DNA of 64,000 bases from Candidatus Foliamicus sp. (GTDB lineage: Bacteria; Pseudomonadota; Gammaproteobacteria; Steroidobacterales; Foliamicaceae), in assembly GCA_965238055.1 (NCBI GenBank), contig OZ250178.1, forward strand, positions 3,304,874 to 3,368,873, in the 5' to 3' direction. Of this stretch, positions 45,597-54,753 are shown piece by piece. The first letter of the stretch is position 1. Every line of letters begins with the position of its first letter. The notes under the pieces are model-generated. The model was not told the DNA's origin. It made no database searches and saw only the letters and a list, made by a program, of their open reading frames with translations. The position numbers and the translations under genes are program-made.

Positions 45597-46224
45597 CTTC
45601 TTGCGCGCCGTCATCGGAGGGCGCGGCCTCTTCGGTTTCTCCGCCGGTTTCCGCGGCAGCCTTTGCTTCAGGTTCTTCGGTTTCCGCTTCGTCTGCGGCG
45701 GCAGCTTCTTCAGGCGCCTCTTCAGCTTCCGGCTGATCTGCGGCAGCGGCGGCTTCCTCGGATGCCCCTTCTTCTGCGGCGGCAGCTTCTTCAGGCGTCT
45801 CTTCGGCTGCCGGCTGATCTGCGGCGGCGGTCTCTTCAGGCGCCTCTTCTGCTTCTGCTTCAGCCTCCGCCGGAGCCGCCTCTTCGGGCGCCACTACCTC
45901 TTCTGCTTTAGCTTCAGCTTCCTCGGGAGCCACCTCTGCCTCAACAGCGGCTTCCTGCGGAGCGTCCGGCGTCTCGCTTCCTGCCATGCGGCGGCGGCGG
46001 ATCAGTTGCCGAACGCGCTCGGAGGGCTGTGCGCCCTGTCCCAACCAGTAGTCAACGCGATCCAGGGAAAGCTTCAGGGGCTGCTCGCCCCCGACTGCGA
46101 TCGGGTTGTAGAAACCCAGCCGCTCAATGAAACGCCCGTTGCGCTTATTGCGCGTGTCGGTGACTACGATGTGGTAAAAGGGCCTTTTCTTGGCCCCATG
46201 ACGGGAAAGCCGTATGCCTACCAT
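45556..46224 (-). CDS. rpsP: 30S ribosomal protein S16 with ~140-aa acidic Ala/Glu/Pro-rich C-terminal extension
   Basis: The N-terminal '[41 protein letters not shown]' is canonical S16. The tail is low-complexity '[21 protein letters not shown]...'. Confidence 0.9.
   Translation of the reverse strand: MVGIRLSRHGAKKRPFYHIVVTDTRNKRNGRFIERLGFYNPIAVGGEQPLKLSLDRVDYWLGQGAQPSERVRQLIRRRRMAGSETPDAPQEAAVEAEVAPEEAEAKAEEVVAPEEAAPAEAEAEAEEAPEETAAADQPAAEETPEEAAAAEEGASEEAAAAADQPEAEEAPEEAAAADEAETEEPEAKAAAETGGETEEAAPSDDGAQEDGEDATETEKDSG
45693..45825. repeat. 81-bp-period tandem repeat within the rpsP tail
   Basis: CTGCGGCGGCAGCTTCTTCAGGCG[C/T]CTCTTC[A/G]GCT[T/G]CCGGCTGATCTGCGGC occurs at 45693- and again at 45774-. 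The period is 81 nt (27 codons), so it is in frame. Confidence 0.75.
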
Positions 46225-46301
46225 GGAATGTGTTCCCGCGGCCGAGCCGCTTGTCTCTCAAACCCGCGGATTGTATCAAAATTCGCTGCTCTACCGATAC
46301 T

Positions 46302-49300
46302 TCAGGCGCGGCCGAGCCGGGGAGTGAAACGCGCCGTATGTGGCGCGGCAATCGGCGCCGGACCCAATGTTCCCAGCAGGTCCGAAAGGTTTTCCATACG
46401 CCGGGCCACCAGGTGAATGACGTCATTCTCGCGTTGCACTTCACCACGCACACCCAGCAGAACAGAGGACATCAGCGTGTCGCGATAGCGCTTGAAGACG
46501 CTTGGCCAGGTCACCACGTTCACGATGCCGGCCTCGTCCTCAAGGGTGAGAAACACGACGCCCTCGGCGCTTTGCGGCGCTTGCCGCACCAGTACCAGGC
46601 CGGCCGCGGCGCATAGCTCTCCGGCGGCCGCCTCGGCAATCATGCTTGCGGTCCAATACCCCAGTGCTCCCAGCTGCGCCCGCGCAAATGCCAGCGGGTG
46701 CCCCTTGAGGCTTAAGCCCAGTGCCCCGTAATCCCGCAAGACGCGTTCGCCGGGCGCTTCCAACGGCAGCGAGGCCGGTTGCTCGCCGGGAAGGTCCTCC
46801 AGGCCGGCCGAGGTGAACAGTGGCAGAGGGCGTCCCACGGGCAGCCGCTCCACTTCCCACAAGGCCTGCCGTCCAGTCAAACTCATGGAAGCAAAGGCAT
46901 CGGCGCGCGCAAGACAGCGCAGCGCGCCCTTGTCCAGTACGGCGCGCCGGCGCAATGCCGGGATATCCGTGTATCCATCGTCGCGCTCGGCGACCAGGCG
47001 GCCCCCAGCCGCGCCGCTCAAACCGCGCACCTGGCGCAAACCCAGCCGCACGGCGAACTGTTTCCCCTCGTGTGACTCCAGCTTCGCGTCCACATCGCTC
47101 TTGTTCACGTCGACCGGCAGGACAGGCACACCGTGCTCGCGAGCATCACGAACGATCTGAGCCGGTGCGTAGAAGCCCATCGGCTGACTGTTAAGCAGGG
47201 CGCAGGCAAACACGTCCGGGTAGTGACGCTTGAACCATGCCGATGCATAGACCAGGATTGCGAACGAAGCGGCATGGCTCTCGGGAAAGCCGTATTCGCC
47301 GAAACCCTCGATCTGGCTGAAGCAACGTTCCGCGAACTGAAGGGGATAACCACGCCGGGTCATGCCCCCGACGAATTTCTCGCGAAACTCCGTCACCGTG
47401 CCGGTATGGCGAAACGTGGCCATGGAGCGGCGCAGGGCATCCGCCTGTGCAGGGCTGAACCCGGCCGCCACCACCGCAATACGCATGGCCTGCTCCTGAA
47501 ACAGCGGCACCCCCAGGGTATTGGCCAGCACCCGCTCCAGTTCCTCCGAGGGATAAGACACTGCCTCCTTGCCATGCCTGCGGCGAAGGTACGGATGCAC
47601 CATGTCGCCCTGTATCGGTCCGGGGCGCACGATGGCCACCTCGATCACCAGGTCGTAGAAGCATCGTGGCCGCATGCGGGGCAGAAAGCTCATCTGTGCC
47701 CGGCTTTCCACCTGGAATACGCCGACCGAATCCGCCTTGCACAGCATGTCGTAGACACCCGGGTCTTCCGCGGGGATGGACGCCAGCGTCAGACGGCGGC
47801 CGTAGCGCCGTTCAAGCAGATCCAGGCACTTTCTGAGGCAGGTCAGCATGCCCAGGGCCAGCACGTCCACCTTCAGCATGCCCAGGTCGTCGAGGTCGTT
47901 CTTGTCCCATTCGATCATGGTGCGCCCGGCCATCGCCGCGTTGGCGATCGGCGCGACCTCGTCCAGGCGCCCGCTGGTCAGCACCATCCCCCCTGGATGC
48001 TGGGACAGATGACGGGGAAACCCGACCAGTTCGGCGGCGATTTCGATCGTCTGGCGCAGCCGTGGGTGTTGCGGGTCCAGGCCCAGTGCCCGCAGCCGCG
48101 CCTCGTCAGGCCAACCCCCTTCGCGTCCCCAGATGCGCCCGGCAAGCGCCTCCTGGGCCGCATGCGGCAGGCCCAGCGCCTTGCCCGCCTCGCGCAATGC
48201 GCTGCGCGGCCGGTAGTGGATGACCGTGGCGGTCAAACCTGCGCGTTCACGCCCATAGCGCTCATACAGGTATTGAATGACCTCCTCGCGCCGTTCATGC
48301 TCGAAGTCCACATCGATGTCCGGCGGCTCTCCACGATCGCTGGAAATAAAGCGCTCGAACAAGAGGTCGACTTTCTCCGGGTCCACCGCGGTAATGCCCA
48401 GGCAAAAGCACACGGCGGAATTGGCGGCACTGCCCCGTCCCTGGCACAGGATGCCCTGTTTCCTCGCGTAACGCACCAGGTCGTAGATCGTCAGGAAATA
48501 CGGGGCGTAGTCCAATTCGCGAATCAGTTCGAGTTCATGCCGGAGCATCTTCTCCACTTGCGGCGGAACGCCCTCCGGGTAGCGCCGGGCGGCCGAGTCC
48601 CAGGTCAGTTTCTCGAGCCATTGCTGGCGCGTGTAGCCCTCCGGCGCCTGCTCGTCGGGGTACTCGTAGCGCAACTCGTCGAGACTGAAGCGGCAACCTT
48701 CCACCAACTCCAGGCTGTGGCCCACGGCCTGTCCATAGTCCTCGTACAAGCGCAACATCTCCCTGCCGCTGCGCAGGTACCGTTCCGCATTGGCCTGCAA
48801 GCGAAGCCCCGCACTGTCGATGTTTACTCCTTCCCGCATGCAAACCAGCACATCGGCCAGGGACTTGCGCTCCGGCGCGTGCATCCAGGCGTCGGCCACC
48901 GCAACCAGAGGCATGGACCATTCTTGCGCCAGGCGCTCAAGACGTTTCAGACGGCCGGCGTCCTCGCCGTCAAACCACAGGGGCGCGGCCAGGCCCACCT
49001 GTTCGGCGCCGGCGTTCGTCAGGCGCCGCAAGCCCGGTATTTCTGCCTGGGAACGAGGTGGCAAGGCAAGCAGCACCTGACCTTTGGCGTGCGCACAGAG
49101 CTCCGTTAAGCTGAAGTCGCACTGGCCTTTCGCGGCACGGCGCTTTCCAAGCGTGAGCAGGCGGCAAAGGCGCCCCCAGGCGGCGCGATCCGATGGGTAG
49201 CAGATGATGTCAGGACCGTCCCGAGGCTGAAGACGCGCACCGGGCAGAAAGCGTATGCCGGCTTCACGCGCGGCAACATGGGCCCTCACCACTCCTGAAA

Positions 49301-49436
49301 CGCTGTTGCAGTCCGCCAGCCCGATTGCCTCAAGGCCCAATTCCGCGGCGCGGGAGACCATTTCTCCCGGATGCGAGGCGCCGCGCAGAAACGAGTAGTT
49401 GCTTACCGCCGCCAGCTCGGCGTAGGCGTGTTTCAT
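46302..49436 (-). CDS. dnaE2: Error-prone DNA polymerase DnaE2 (ImuC)
   Basis: 1044 aa with an N-terminal PHP domain 'YAELAAVSNYSFLRGASHP' and a Pol III alpha core. It is downstream of imuA-imuB. Confidence 0.93.
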   Translation of the reverse strand: MKHAYAELAAVSNYSFLRGASHPGEMVSRAAELGLEAIGLADCNSVSGVVRAHVAAREAGIRFLPGARLQPRDGPDIICYPSDRAAWGRLCRLLTLGKRRAAKGQCDFSLTELCAHAKGQVLLALPPRSQAEIPGLRRLTNAGAEQVGLAAPLWFDGEDAGRLKRLERLAQEWSMPLVAVADAWMHAPERKSLADVLVCMREGVNIDSAGLRLQANAERYLRSGREMLRLYEDYGQAVGHSLELVEGCRFSLDELRYEYPDEQAPEGYTRQQWLEKLTWDSAARRYPEGVPPQVEKMLRHELELIRELDYAPYFLTIYDLVRYARKQGILCQGRGSAANSAVCFCLGITAVDPEKVDLLFERFISSDRGEPPDIDVDFEHERREEVIQYLYERYGRERAGLTATVIHYRPRSALREAGKALGLPHAAQEALAGRIWGREGGWPDEARLRALGLDPQHPRLRQTIEIAAELVGFPRHLSQHPGGMVLTSGRLDEVAPIANAAMAGRTMIEWDKNDLDDLGMLKVDVLALGMLTCLRKCLDLLERRYGRRLTLASIPAEDPGVYDMLCKADSVGVFQVESRAQMSFLPRMRPRCFYDLVIEVAIVRPGPIQGDMVHPYLRRRHGKEAVSYPSEELERVLANTLGVPLFQEQAMRIAVVAAGFSPAQADALRRSMATFRHTGTVTEFREKFVGGMTRRGYPLQFAERCFSQIEGFGEYGFPESHAASFAILVYASAWFKRHYPDVFACALLNSQPMGFYAPAQIVRDAREHGVPVLPVDVNKSDVDAKLESHEGKQFAVRLGLRQVRGLSGAAGGRLVAERDDGYTDIPALRRRAVLDKGALRCLARADAFASMSLTGRQALWEVERLPVGRPLPLFTSAGLEDLPGEQPASLPLEAPGERVLRDYGALGLSLKGHPLAFARAQLGALGYWTASMIAEAAAGELCAAAGLVLVRQAPQSAEGVVFLTLEDEAGIVNVVTWPSVFKRYRDTLMSSVLLGVRGEVQRENDVIHLVARRMENLSDLLGTLGPAPIAAPHTARFTPRLGRA

Positions 49437-49457
49437 CTGGGCCTCAGGCCGGGCGGA

Positions 49458-50840
49458 TCAGGCGGCCAGCGCCTGAACGTACCAGCGTGGCGACTCGCTG
49501 CCGGGCACATGCTTGCGGTACAAACAGACGCACTGGCCCCGCTCATCTTCCGCCAGCCAGTATTCGCGGCCGCCCTGCTCGTCGCTGCGCCACCATTCCG
49601 GCGATACCCGCCGGGGACCCTGTGCGCGCTGCACTGTATAGCGGTTGTGCCGCCAGCGTATCCAGGCGGGCGGACTGCCGGCCGCCGTTGCGGCCGCGTC
49701 CACGGACTCGGCCTCTTCCAGCAACAGCAGAGGCGCGCGGAGTTCCTTGTCCTGCACCTCCGGACAAGACGCTTCGGGCCTGGAATCCAGCGCCGAAATG
49801 AATTGCCAGCGACGCTCCGGCAGATAGCTGGCCTCCAGCACGGGGACACGAACCGCGCCGGGACCCAGGCGGCTGCAGAGCCGGTCCACCAGGCGAGCGA
49901 AGTCACCCGTGAGATTGCCCGCCGAAGCACCCGACAGCCAATCGGATTGTTCCGCGGCAACAGTTTCCGTGTCGTAAGCGACCAGGCTGACGGCGTCATA
50001 ACCCACGCCACGGCCCACCTCCGGCGCCTTGCCCTGCAACTTCTCATCCAACAGCTCCGCAAGCTGCGGCGCCGGTTGAATGAGCCGTGCGGTGCGCAGG
50101 CCGTGGGAAATGCACTTGCCGTCCGAGCGGTGCAGGCGCAACTCGAAACGCCGCGAGCCCAAGCCGGCAGCGAACAATTGATCGCACAACTGAACGGTCA
50201 ACTCCACAATTGCCGCATGCAGCGGTTGCTGCAGCACGACGGGACTCTCAAACTCCAGGCGCGCCCTGAATTCCCGGGGCGGCGGAAGAAAGTCCAGCGG
50301 TTCGGAAGCGTGGCCGGCCGCCTGCCTGAGTCGCAATGCCGTCTCGGCGCCGAACCGGGCCTGCAAGGATTCCGGCGGAATGCGCTCCAGGGCGCCGACC
50401 GTATCCAGCCCCAACTCCCGCAAGCAAGCGCATGTCTCCGCTTCCAGCCGCAACGCTTCAATCGGCCAGGCGGCGATGGCCTTGAGGCCGGCGTCGTGCG
50501 GAAGAATGGAGAGCTTTCCTGAAGCAGTGCGCGCACCGCCCCAGGCGGCGCCGGGCGTACCCGCAATACACGCCCGCGGCGGCTCGCCGTTGCGCTCAAG
50601 CTCGGCCAGCAATTCCCTGAGCAAGCCGCGTTCTCCGCCGAATAGGCCAATGGAGCCGGACACATCGAGAAAGATGCAGTCCGGGGGCGCAAGCGCAATC
50701 TTCGGGGTAAATCGCCAACATGCATGCGCCAGGCGCTCGAGGCGCTCAGCGCGCAACCGCCGGGCTGATTCAGCCGGCGGCCCGGACGGCGCCTGCTTCA
50801 GCAGGCGATGCAGCCATACACAGACGATTCTCATGCTCAT
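49458..50840 (-). CDS. imuB: Y-family polymerase-like ImuB
   Basis: 460 aa. It sits in the imuA-imuB-dnaE2 cassette and has the N-terminal palm-like block 'IFLDVSGSIGLFGGE'. Confidence 0.8.
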   Translation of the reverse strand: MSMRIVCVWLHRLLKQAPSGPPAESARRLRAERLERLAHACWRFTPKIALAPPDCIFLDVSGSIGLFGGERGLLRELLAELERNGEPPRACIAGTPGAAWGGARTASGKLSILPHDAGLKAIAAWPIEALRLEAETCACLRELGLDTVGALERIPPESLQARFGAETALRLRQAAGHASEPLDFLPPPREFRARLEFESPVVLQQPLHAAIVELTVQLCDQLFAAGLGSRRFELRLHRSDGKCISHGLRTARLIQPAPQLAELLDEKLQGKAPEVGRGVGYDAVSLVAYDTETVAAEQSDWLSGASAGNLTGDFARLVDRLCSRLGPGAVRVPVLEASYLPERRWQFISALDSRPEASCPEVQDKELRAPLLLLEEAESVDAAATAAGSPPAWIRWRHNRYTVQRAQGPRRVSPEWWRSDEQGGREYWLAEDERGQCVCLYRKHVPGSESPRWYVQALAA

Positions 50841-51534
50841 TCCACTCGATATTCCATGTTCCCGGCGTTCTGCCTGGGGCGCGCAGAAGGCTTAAGCGCC
50901 AGCTGCGCGCGCCGGGTAATTCAGATCCTCGCCAGGTCAAATCCTCAGGCGCGCTCGGCGCCGGTTCCACCCGCCAGCGGGACTGCGCCGCGGTCGCCTC
51001 GCGGATTCGGGCGCCGCGCGCCAGGAAAACTCTCGACCCGTTGCGCAGGGCGCGGAGCGACAGCCGTCGCGAGGGGGTAAAGCTATAGTGCCGCTCCACC
51101 CCGGGCAGACAGCCCACCACTGCGAGCAAGCCGGGGCAATCCAGCGCCTGCTCCAGCGACCACAGCAGTTCGCGCTCGTCCTTCGGCTCGACCAGCAGCA
51201 GGCTGCGGGGATCAAGCCCGATGGCCTTCAGACCATCGCCACAGGGTAATCCCCAGCGGCTCGAGGAGGCTCGGGTCTGCACCCACACCAGGCGTCTTTC
51301 CGCGGCGCCCGGCAACTCCGCGGCGGCGCACAAAAGCAGCGACAACGCCGCCGCCCGCCCGGCGCCGCTCTCTCCCAGAAATTCGTGAACGCCGGGACGT
51401 TCAAGCGCCGCAAGCAGACGGCCGTGATCCGGCTCCGCCCGGGAGCTACCGGCCAGAGGCTTGAGCTGCACACTCAAGCAGCGCCCTCTTCCGGCCATGG
51501 GGCCAGATCTACGGCCTGCTCGCTCCAATTCCAC
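50770..51534 (-). CDS. imuA: Translesion-synthesis protein ImuA (SulA/RecA-like)
   Basis: ~230-254 aa. It lies upstream of imuB and has 'HEFLGESGAGRAAALSLL'. The start is uncertain because the upstream candidates overlap the SDR gene's 3' end. Confidence 0.7.
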   Translation of the reverse strand: MELERAGRRSGPMAGRGRCLSVQLKPLAGSSRAEPDHGRLLAALERPGVHEFLGESGAGRAAALSLLLCAAAELPGAAERRLVWVQTRASSSRWGLPCGDGLKAIGLDPRSLLLVEPKDERELLWSLEQALDCPGLLAVVGCLPGVERHYSFTPSRRLSLRALRNGSRVFLARGARIREATAAQSRWRVEPAPSAPEDLTWRGSELPGARSWRLSLLRAPGRTPGTWNIEWNEHENRLCMAASPAEAGAVRAAG

Positions 51535-52394
51535 AGGCGTTTCATTTCCGAACGGTCGTGGGAAGCCGGAGAACTCTCCTTGGTGGCCAGGTGTTCCCAG
51601 TACTTGCCGGTCTCATTCGCCAGCACCGGGGACGCCACCAGGTACACGTAGGTCCTCACCGAGCGCTCCGGATCAGTGAAGAACGGACGCAGCAGTTTGC
51701 AACCCAGCTTGAACAGCCCGCGCATGTTGTCATACACCGTGGTCCTGACGAAGTAGCCGGGAGAAATCGCGTTGACGGTTACGCCGCTGCCCTCCATGCG
51801 GCGGGCCAGTTCGTAGTTGAACAACAGCATGGCCAGCTTGGACTGCTGGTAGGCGGCAAAGGCGCCCCGGTTGGAGATCGAGCGGCGTCCCCAGGGTTTT
51901 CTGATCTCCATGTCGTCCCAGTTCAGTGGGCCGCCGGCCTTGTGCCCGTCCGAGGAAATCATCACTACGCGCGCCGGGGCCGATTCCCTCATGCGGCCCA
52001 GCAACAGCCGGGTCAGGAGAAAATGACCGAGGTGGTGCGCGGCCATGTGCTGCTCGAACCCGTCTTCGGTGAGCCGGTAGACGGGATTCACGACCCCGGC
52101 GTTGTTGATCAGCACGTGAAGCCGGCCGTAGCGCTCAAGGACATGCGCGGCAAGCGAACGCACCTGCCTGAACGATGAGACGTCGCAGTGCACGAACTCC
52201 AGTTGATCGTTGCCGGTCAGCTCGGCAATCTCGTCGCGCGCCTGGCGCCCTTCTTCGTCCTTGATATCGACCAGAATCAGCGCAGCACCCAACGCTGCCA
52301 GTTCGCGCGCGGCGATCCGGCCCATGCCCCGGGCGGTCCCTGTAATCAGGCAAGTCTTACCGCGCATGCTCTGCTCAACCATCTTCGCACTCAC
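51474..52394 (-). CDS. SDR family oxidoreductase
   Basis: 306 aa with the Rossmann motif 'ITGTARGMGR', 'NNAG' and the catalytic 'YQQSK'. Confidence 0.88.
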   Translation of the reverse strand: MSAKMVEQSMRGKTCLITGTARGMGRIAARELAALGAALILVDIKDEEGRQARDEIAELTGNDQLEFVHCDVSSFRQVRSLAAHVLERYGRLHVLINNAGVVNPVYRLTEDGFEQHMAAHHLGHFLLTRLLLGRMRESAPARVVMISSDGHKAGGPLNWDDMEIRKPWGRRSISNRGAFAAYQQSKLAMLLFNYELARRMEGSGVTVNAISPGYFVRTTVYDNMRGLFKLGCKLLRPFFTDPERSVRTYVYLVASPVLANETGKYWEHLATKESSPASHDRSEMKRLWNWSEQAVDLAPWPEEGAA

Positions 52395-52436
52395 TCAACC
52401 GGACCCTTAAGTTTAGCGCCGTAAAGCGGGTCCGTC

Positions 52437-52511
52437 CCCTGGGAACGAGGTCGTCCCCTGGGAGCGAGGTCGTCCCGACCTCGTCGAGGGCGGGACGCCC
52501 TCGTTCCCAGG
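52437..52511. repeat. REP-family cluster (three units, palindromic)
   Basis: CCTGGGAACGAGGTCGTCC / CCTGGGAGCGAGGTCGTCCCGACCTCG / TCGAGGGCGGGACGCCCTCGTTCCCAGG. Confidence 0.75.
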
Positions 52512-52514
52512 AGC

Positions 52515-53804
52515 CTAAGGGCCGTTGAGGCGCAGTTCCTTGGCGGCGGACAGCAGATAGTTGCGCGCCTGGGGGTTTTCCAGACCTTGCGCAAGGCCTT
52601 CAAGGGCCTGCGCCTTGCGCTCGGCATGACGCTCCTCGTCCGGCTCGATCAGCATCAGCTGGTCCGCAAGATAAGCCGCCCAGCGGTAATCCGTCAGCAA
52701 CAGCGCGCTATCCAGCGCCTCGTCCAGCGAAAAATTGCCCGTCGCCAGCTCATGCAGGCGCCAGGCCAGGGTGCGCGGCGAAAGCGGGACCAGGCTGCCG
52801 GGTTTTCCGTCGAACCAACCCATTTGACGCGCATAAACGGAACGCACAGCCCATTGGAGCGTGCCGTGGGTCTGCGCCAGGACCGGGCTGCCGGCAAGTT
52901 CCCGCGGTAGCCGTATCGCAGCGGCCAGTTCATCGGCCCCCAGGCCCGCGTCAATACCGCGCAAGGTCTCGTCGCGCACAAAGCGAAGCGCGGCCGCATA
53001 GTCGGCCAGCGCACGGTCGATCCTGGCTGCGCCGACCAAAAGTTGCAGGTGCCCCGGGATCAAAACCTCGGCCTTCTCCGCGCGCATCCGATCCAGGCTG
53101 CGCGCCCACTGTTCGAGATCCACGGCGTGGTCGCCGATCCCGTCGAGATCGCCGGGAAAGACCGGGTAGAAGTTGCCGCCTGCAATCAGCACCTTGCGGT
53201 CCGGCAGCCAGACGTAGAGCTGATCGGCGGACTCCCCGGGCGCGGCGACCAGTTCCAGGGCCACCCCGTCGATACGCAGGCGGTAGCGGTCGCCATAAAG
53301 CAGCTTGTCGGGAGGCAGGTAGGGATTCCGCAAATCATCCTCTTCTGGCAAGGGATCGATGACGGTGGCGGCACGTTGCTCTTCACCGAGCAGAATGCCC
53401 TTCTGGCGCTGCCGCCGCAGACGCGCCTCGACGCCGGTGGTGCTGCGGCGCAGCGCGAAATTGGAACGGGCATATACATCGGGAACGAAATACCGGCCGG
53501 TAATCGCTTCTGCGCCGGATACATGGACCCGGTCGCCGTGGGTGTAGATCACTGCCGCGAAAGGCAGCTCCACGCGCTCGCGGTAGGCGGCGGCCGCTTG
53601 TTCCGCCGCCGCGCCCGATGAGTGCGCGTCGACCAGGATCGCCGCGCTCTCGCCTGCGATCACAGTGGAGTTGGACGGGCCGAATCCGGTTGCGACATAT
53701 ACGCCTTCGGCAGCCTCGATGACCTCCCCCGCCAAGCCCTTGGGGACGGCAAAGAAGGCCAGCGCGGCAACAAGCAGCGCCGCCGGCAAAGGACGGCTGA
53801 TCAT
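52515..53804 (-). CDS. Secreted alkyl-sulfatase-like MBL-fold protein with degenerate metal motif, lacking SCP2 tail
   Basis: 429 aa with a signal peptide. 'GVYVATGFGPSNSTVIAG' and the dimerisation-domain-like 'WAVRSVYARQMGWFDG', 'DYRWAAYLADQL' and 'NPQARNYLLSAAKEL' resemble SdsA1/BDS1-type sulfatases. The HxHxDH position instead reads 'YTHGDRVHVSG'. Confidence 0.55.
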   Translation of the reverse strand: MISRPLPAALLVAALAFFAVPKGLAGEVIEAAEGVYVATGFGPSNSTVIAGESAAILVDAHSSGAAAEQAAAAYRERVELPFAAVIYTHGDRVHVSGAEAITGRYFVPDVYARSNFALRRSTTGVEARLRRQRQKGILLGEEQRAATVIDPLPEEDDLRNPYLPPDKLLYGDRYRLRIDGVALELVAAPGESADQLYVWLPDRKVLIAGGNFYPVFPGDLDGIGDHAVDLEQWARSLDRMRAEKAEVLIPGHLQLLVGAARIDRALADYAAALRFVRDETLRGIDAGLGADELAAAIRLPRELAGSPVLAQTHGTLQWAVRSVYARQMGWFDGKPGSLVPLSPRTLAWRLHELATGNFSLDEALDSALLLTDYRWAAYLADQLMLIEPDEERHAERKAQALEGLAQGLENPQARNYLLSAAKELRLNGP

Positions 53805-54451
53805 TCGGGGGCCGGCAGGACCCGCGAAACGGAAAGCCAGGAGCCCACCGGAATGATCATGGATTGCAGCCTTTTCTCGGTTGCGATGCGCTGATTGAAG
53901 ACCTGGATGCCATATGCGGGATGCCCGGGTTCAAGTTCTTCATGGCCTTGACCGAAGCAATTGGTGTTGTCGCCCAGGATCAGGCCGCCGGTCCGGGTAT
54001 GTTCCAGGGCGAAATCCAGGACCTCGCTGTAGATCTCCTTGGCCGTATCGATGAAGACCAGGTCATAGGGCGCATATTCCGCCAGCTCCGGCATCACGTC
54101 CTGGGCGCCGCCCAGGACGATCTTCACCCGGTCCTCCACGCCGGCCCGGCGAAAGTTCTCCCCGGCGACTTCGGCGTGCAAGGGCGCCATTTCGTTGGTA
54201 ACCAGCAGCCCGCCGGGCGGCAGGGCCCGTGCCAGCCAGATTCCCGAATAGCCGCCCAGGGTCCCGAATTCCAGGATTCTGCGCGCCCCGATCATGCGCG
54301 CCAGGAGATTCAGCGCCTGCCCGGTCTCGGCGTTGACGGAAATATCCGGCAGGCCACGCTCGACCGCAGCAGGCATGATCCCGCCGAGCAGTTCGTCCTC
54401 GTAGTTGAACAGGGAACGGCGATAGGTCTCAAGGTCAGGATAGGCAGTCAT
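53801..54451 (-). CDS. Class I SAM-dependent O-methyltransferase (CCoAOMT/COMT-like, family 3)
   Basis: 216 aa with 'ILEFGTLGGYSGIWLA' (motif I) and 'YDLVFIDTAKEIY'. Confidence 0.85.
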   Translation of the reverse strand: MTAYPDLETYRRSLFNYEDELLGGIMPAAVERGLPDISVNAETGQALNLLARMIGARRILEFGTLGGYSGIWLARALPPGGLLVTNEMAPLHAEVAGENFRRAGVEDRVKIVLGGAQDVMPELAEYAPYDLVFIDTAKEIYSEVLDFALEHTRTGGLILGDNTNCFGQGHEELEPGHPAYGIQVFNQRIATEKRLQSMIIPVGSWLSVSRVLPAPE

Positions 54452-54519
54452 AGGCAGTCATAGGCACGCAGATTCGTCAGCACGGCGTAGTATATCGGCC
54501 AAAGCAAACGGAGGACTAC

Positions 54520-54753
54520 ATGGCCACGGCCGATGAGAAAAAGCGCATCGTTGAGGATTTTCTGAAGCGCTGCAACGACTATTCAGACAACATGATCCTG
54601 AAGTACCGCAATTCCCTTGAGGGCGCGGATGCGGAACAGGAACTCGCGCTGCAGGGCAAGATCACCCACTGGGTGGCGTATCGCGCCTTCAACGAGCACG
54701 CCATCATGGAGCTGAACGGCACGGAACTCGACGACTGGTTCGACGATGACTGA
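54520..54753 (+). CDS. Small acidic hypothetical protein translationally coupled to the decarboxylase
   Basis: 77 aa. Its stop overlaps the decarboxylase start (ATGACTGA). No family recognised. Confidence 0.5.
   Translation: MATADEKKRIVEDFLKRCNDYSDNMILKYRNSLEGADAEQELALQGKITHWVAYRAFNEHAIMELNGTELDDWFDDD

Noticed and set aside
45003-46416. Plus-strand ORFs 45003-45911 and 45601-46416
   Set aside because: They are antisense to rimM and the repetitive rpsP tail. Their open frames are a by-product of the GC-rich tandem repeat.
47133-49109. 658-aa plus-strand ORF
   Set aside because: It is entirely antisense to the well-supported dnaE2 gene, with a low-complexity Arg/Gln/His-rich composition.
51470-51700. 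LexA/SOS box upstream of imuA
   Set aside because: No CTGT-N8-ACAG or GAAC-N7-GTTC type palindrome was found by eye, so no feature is reported.
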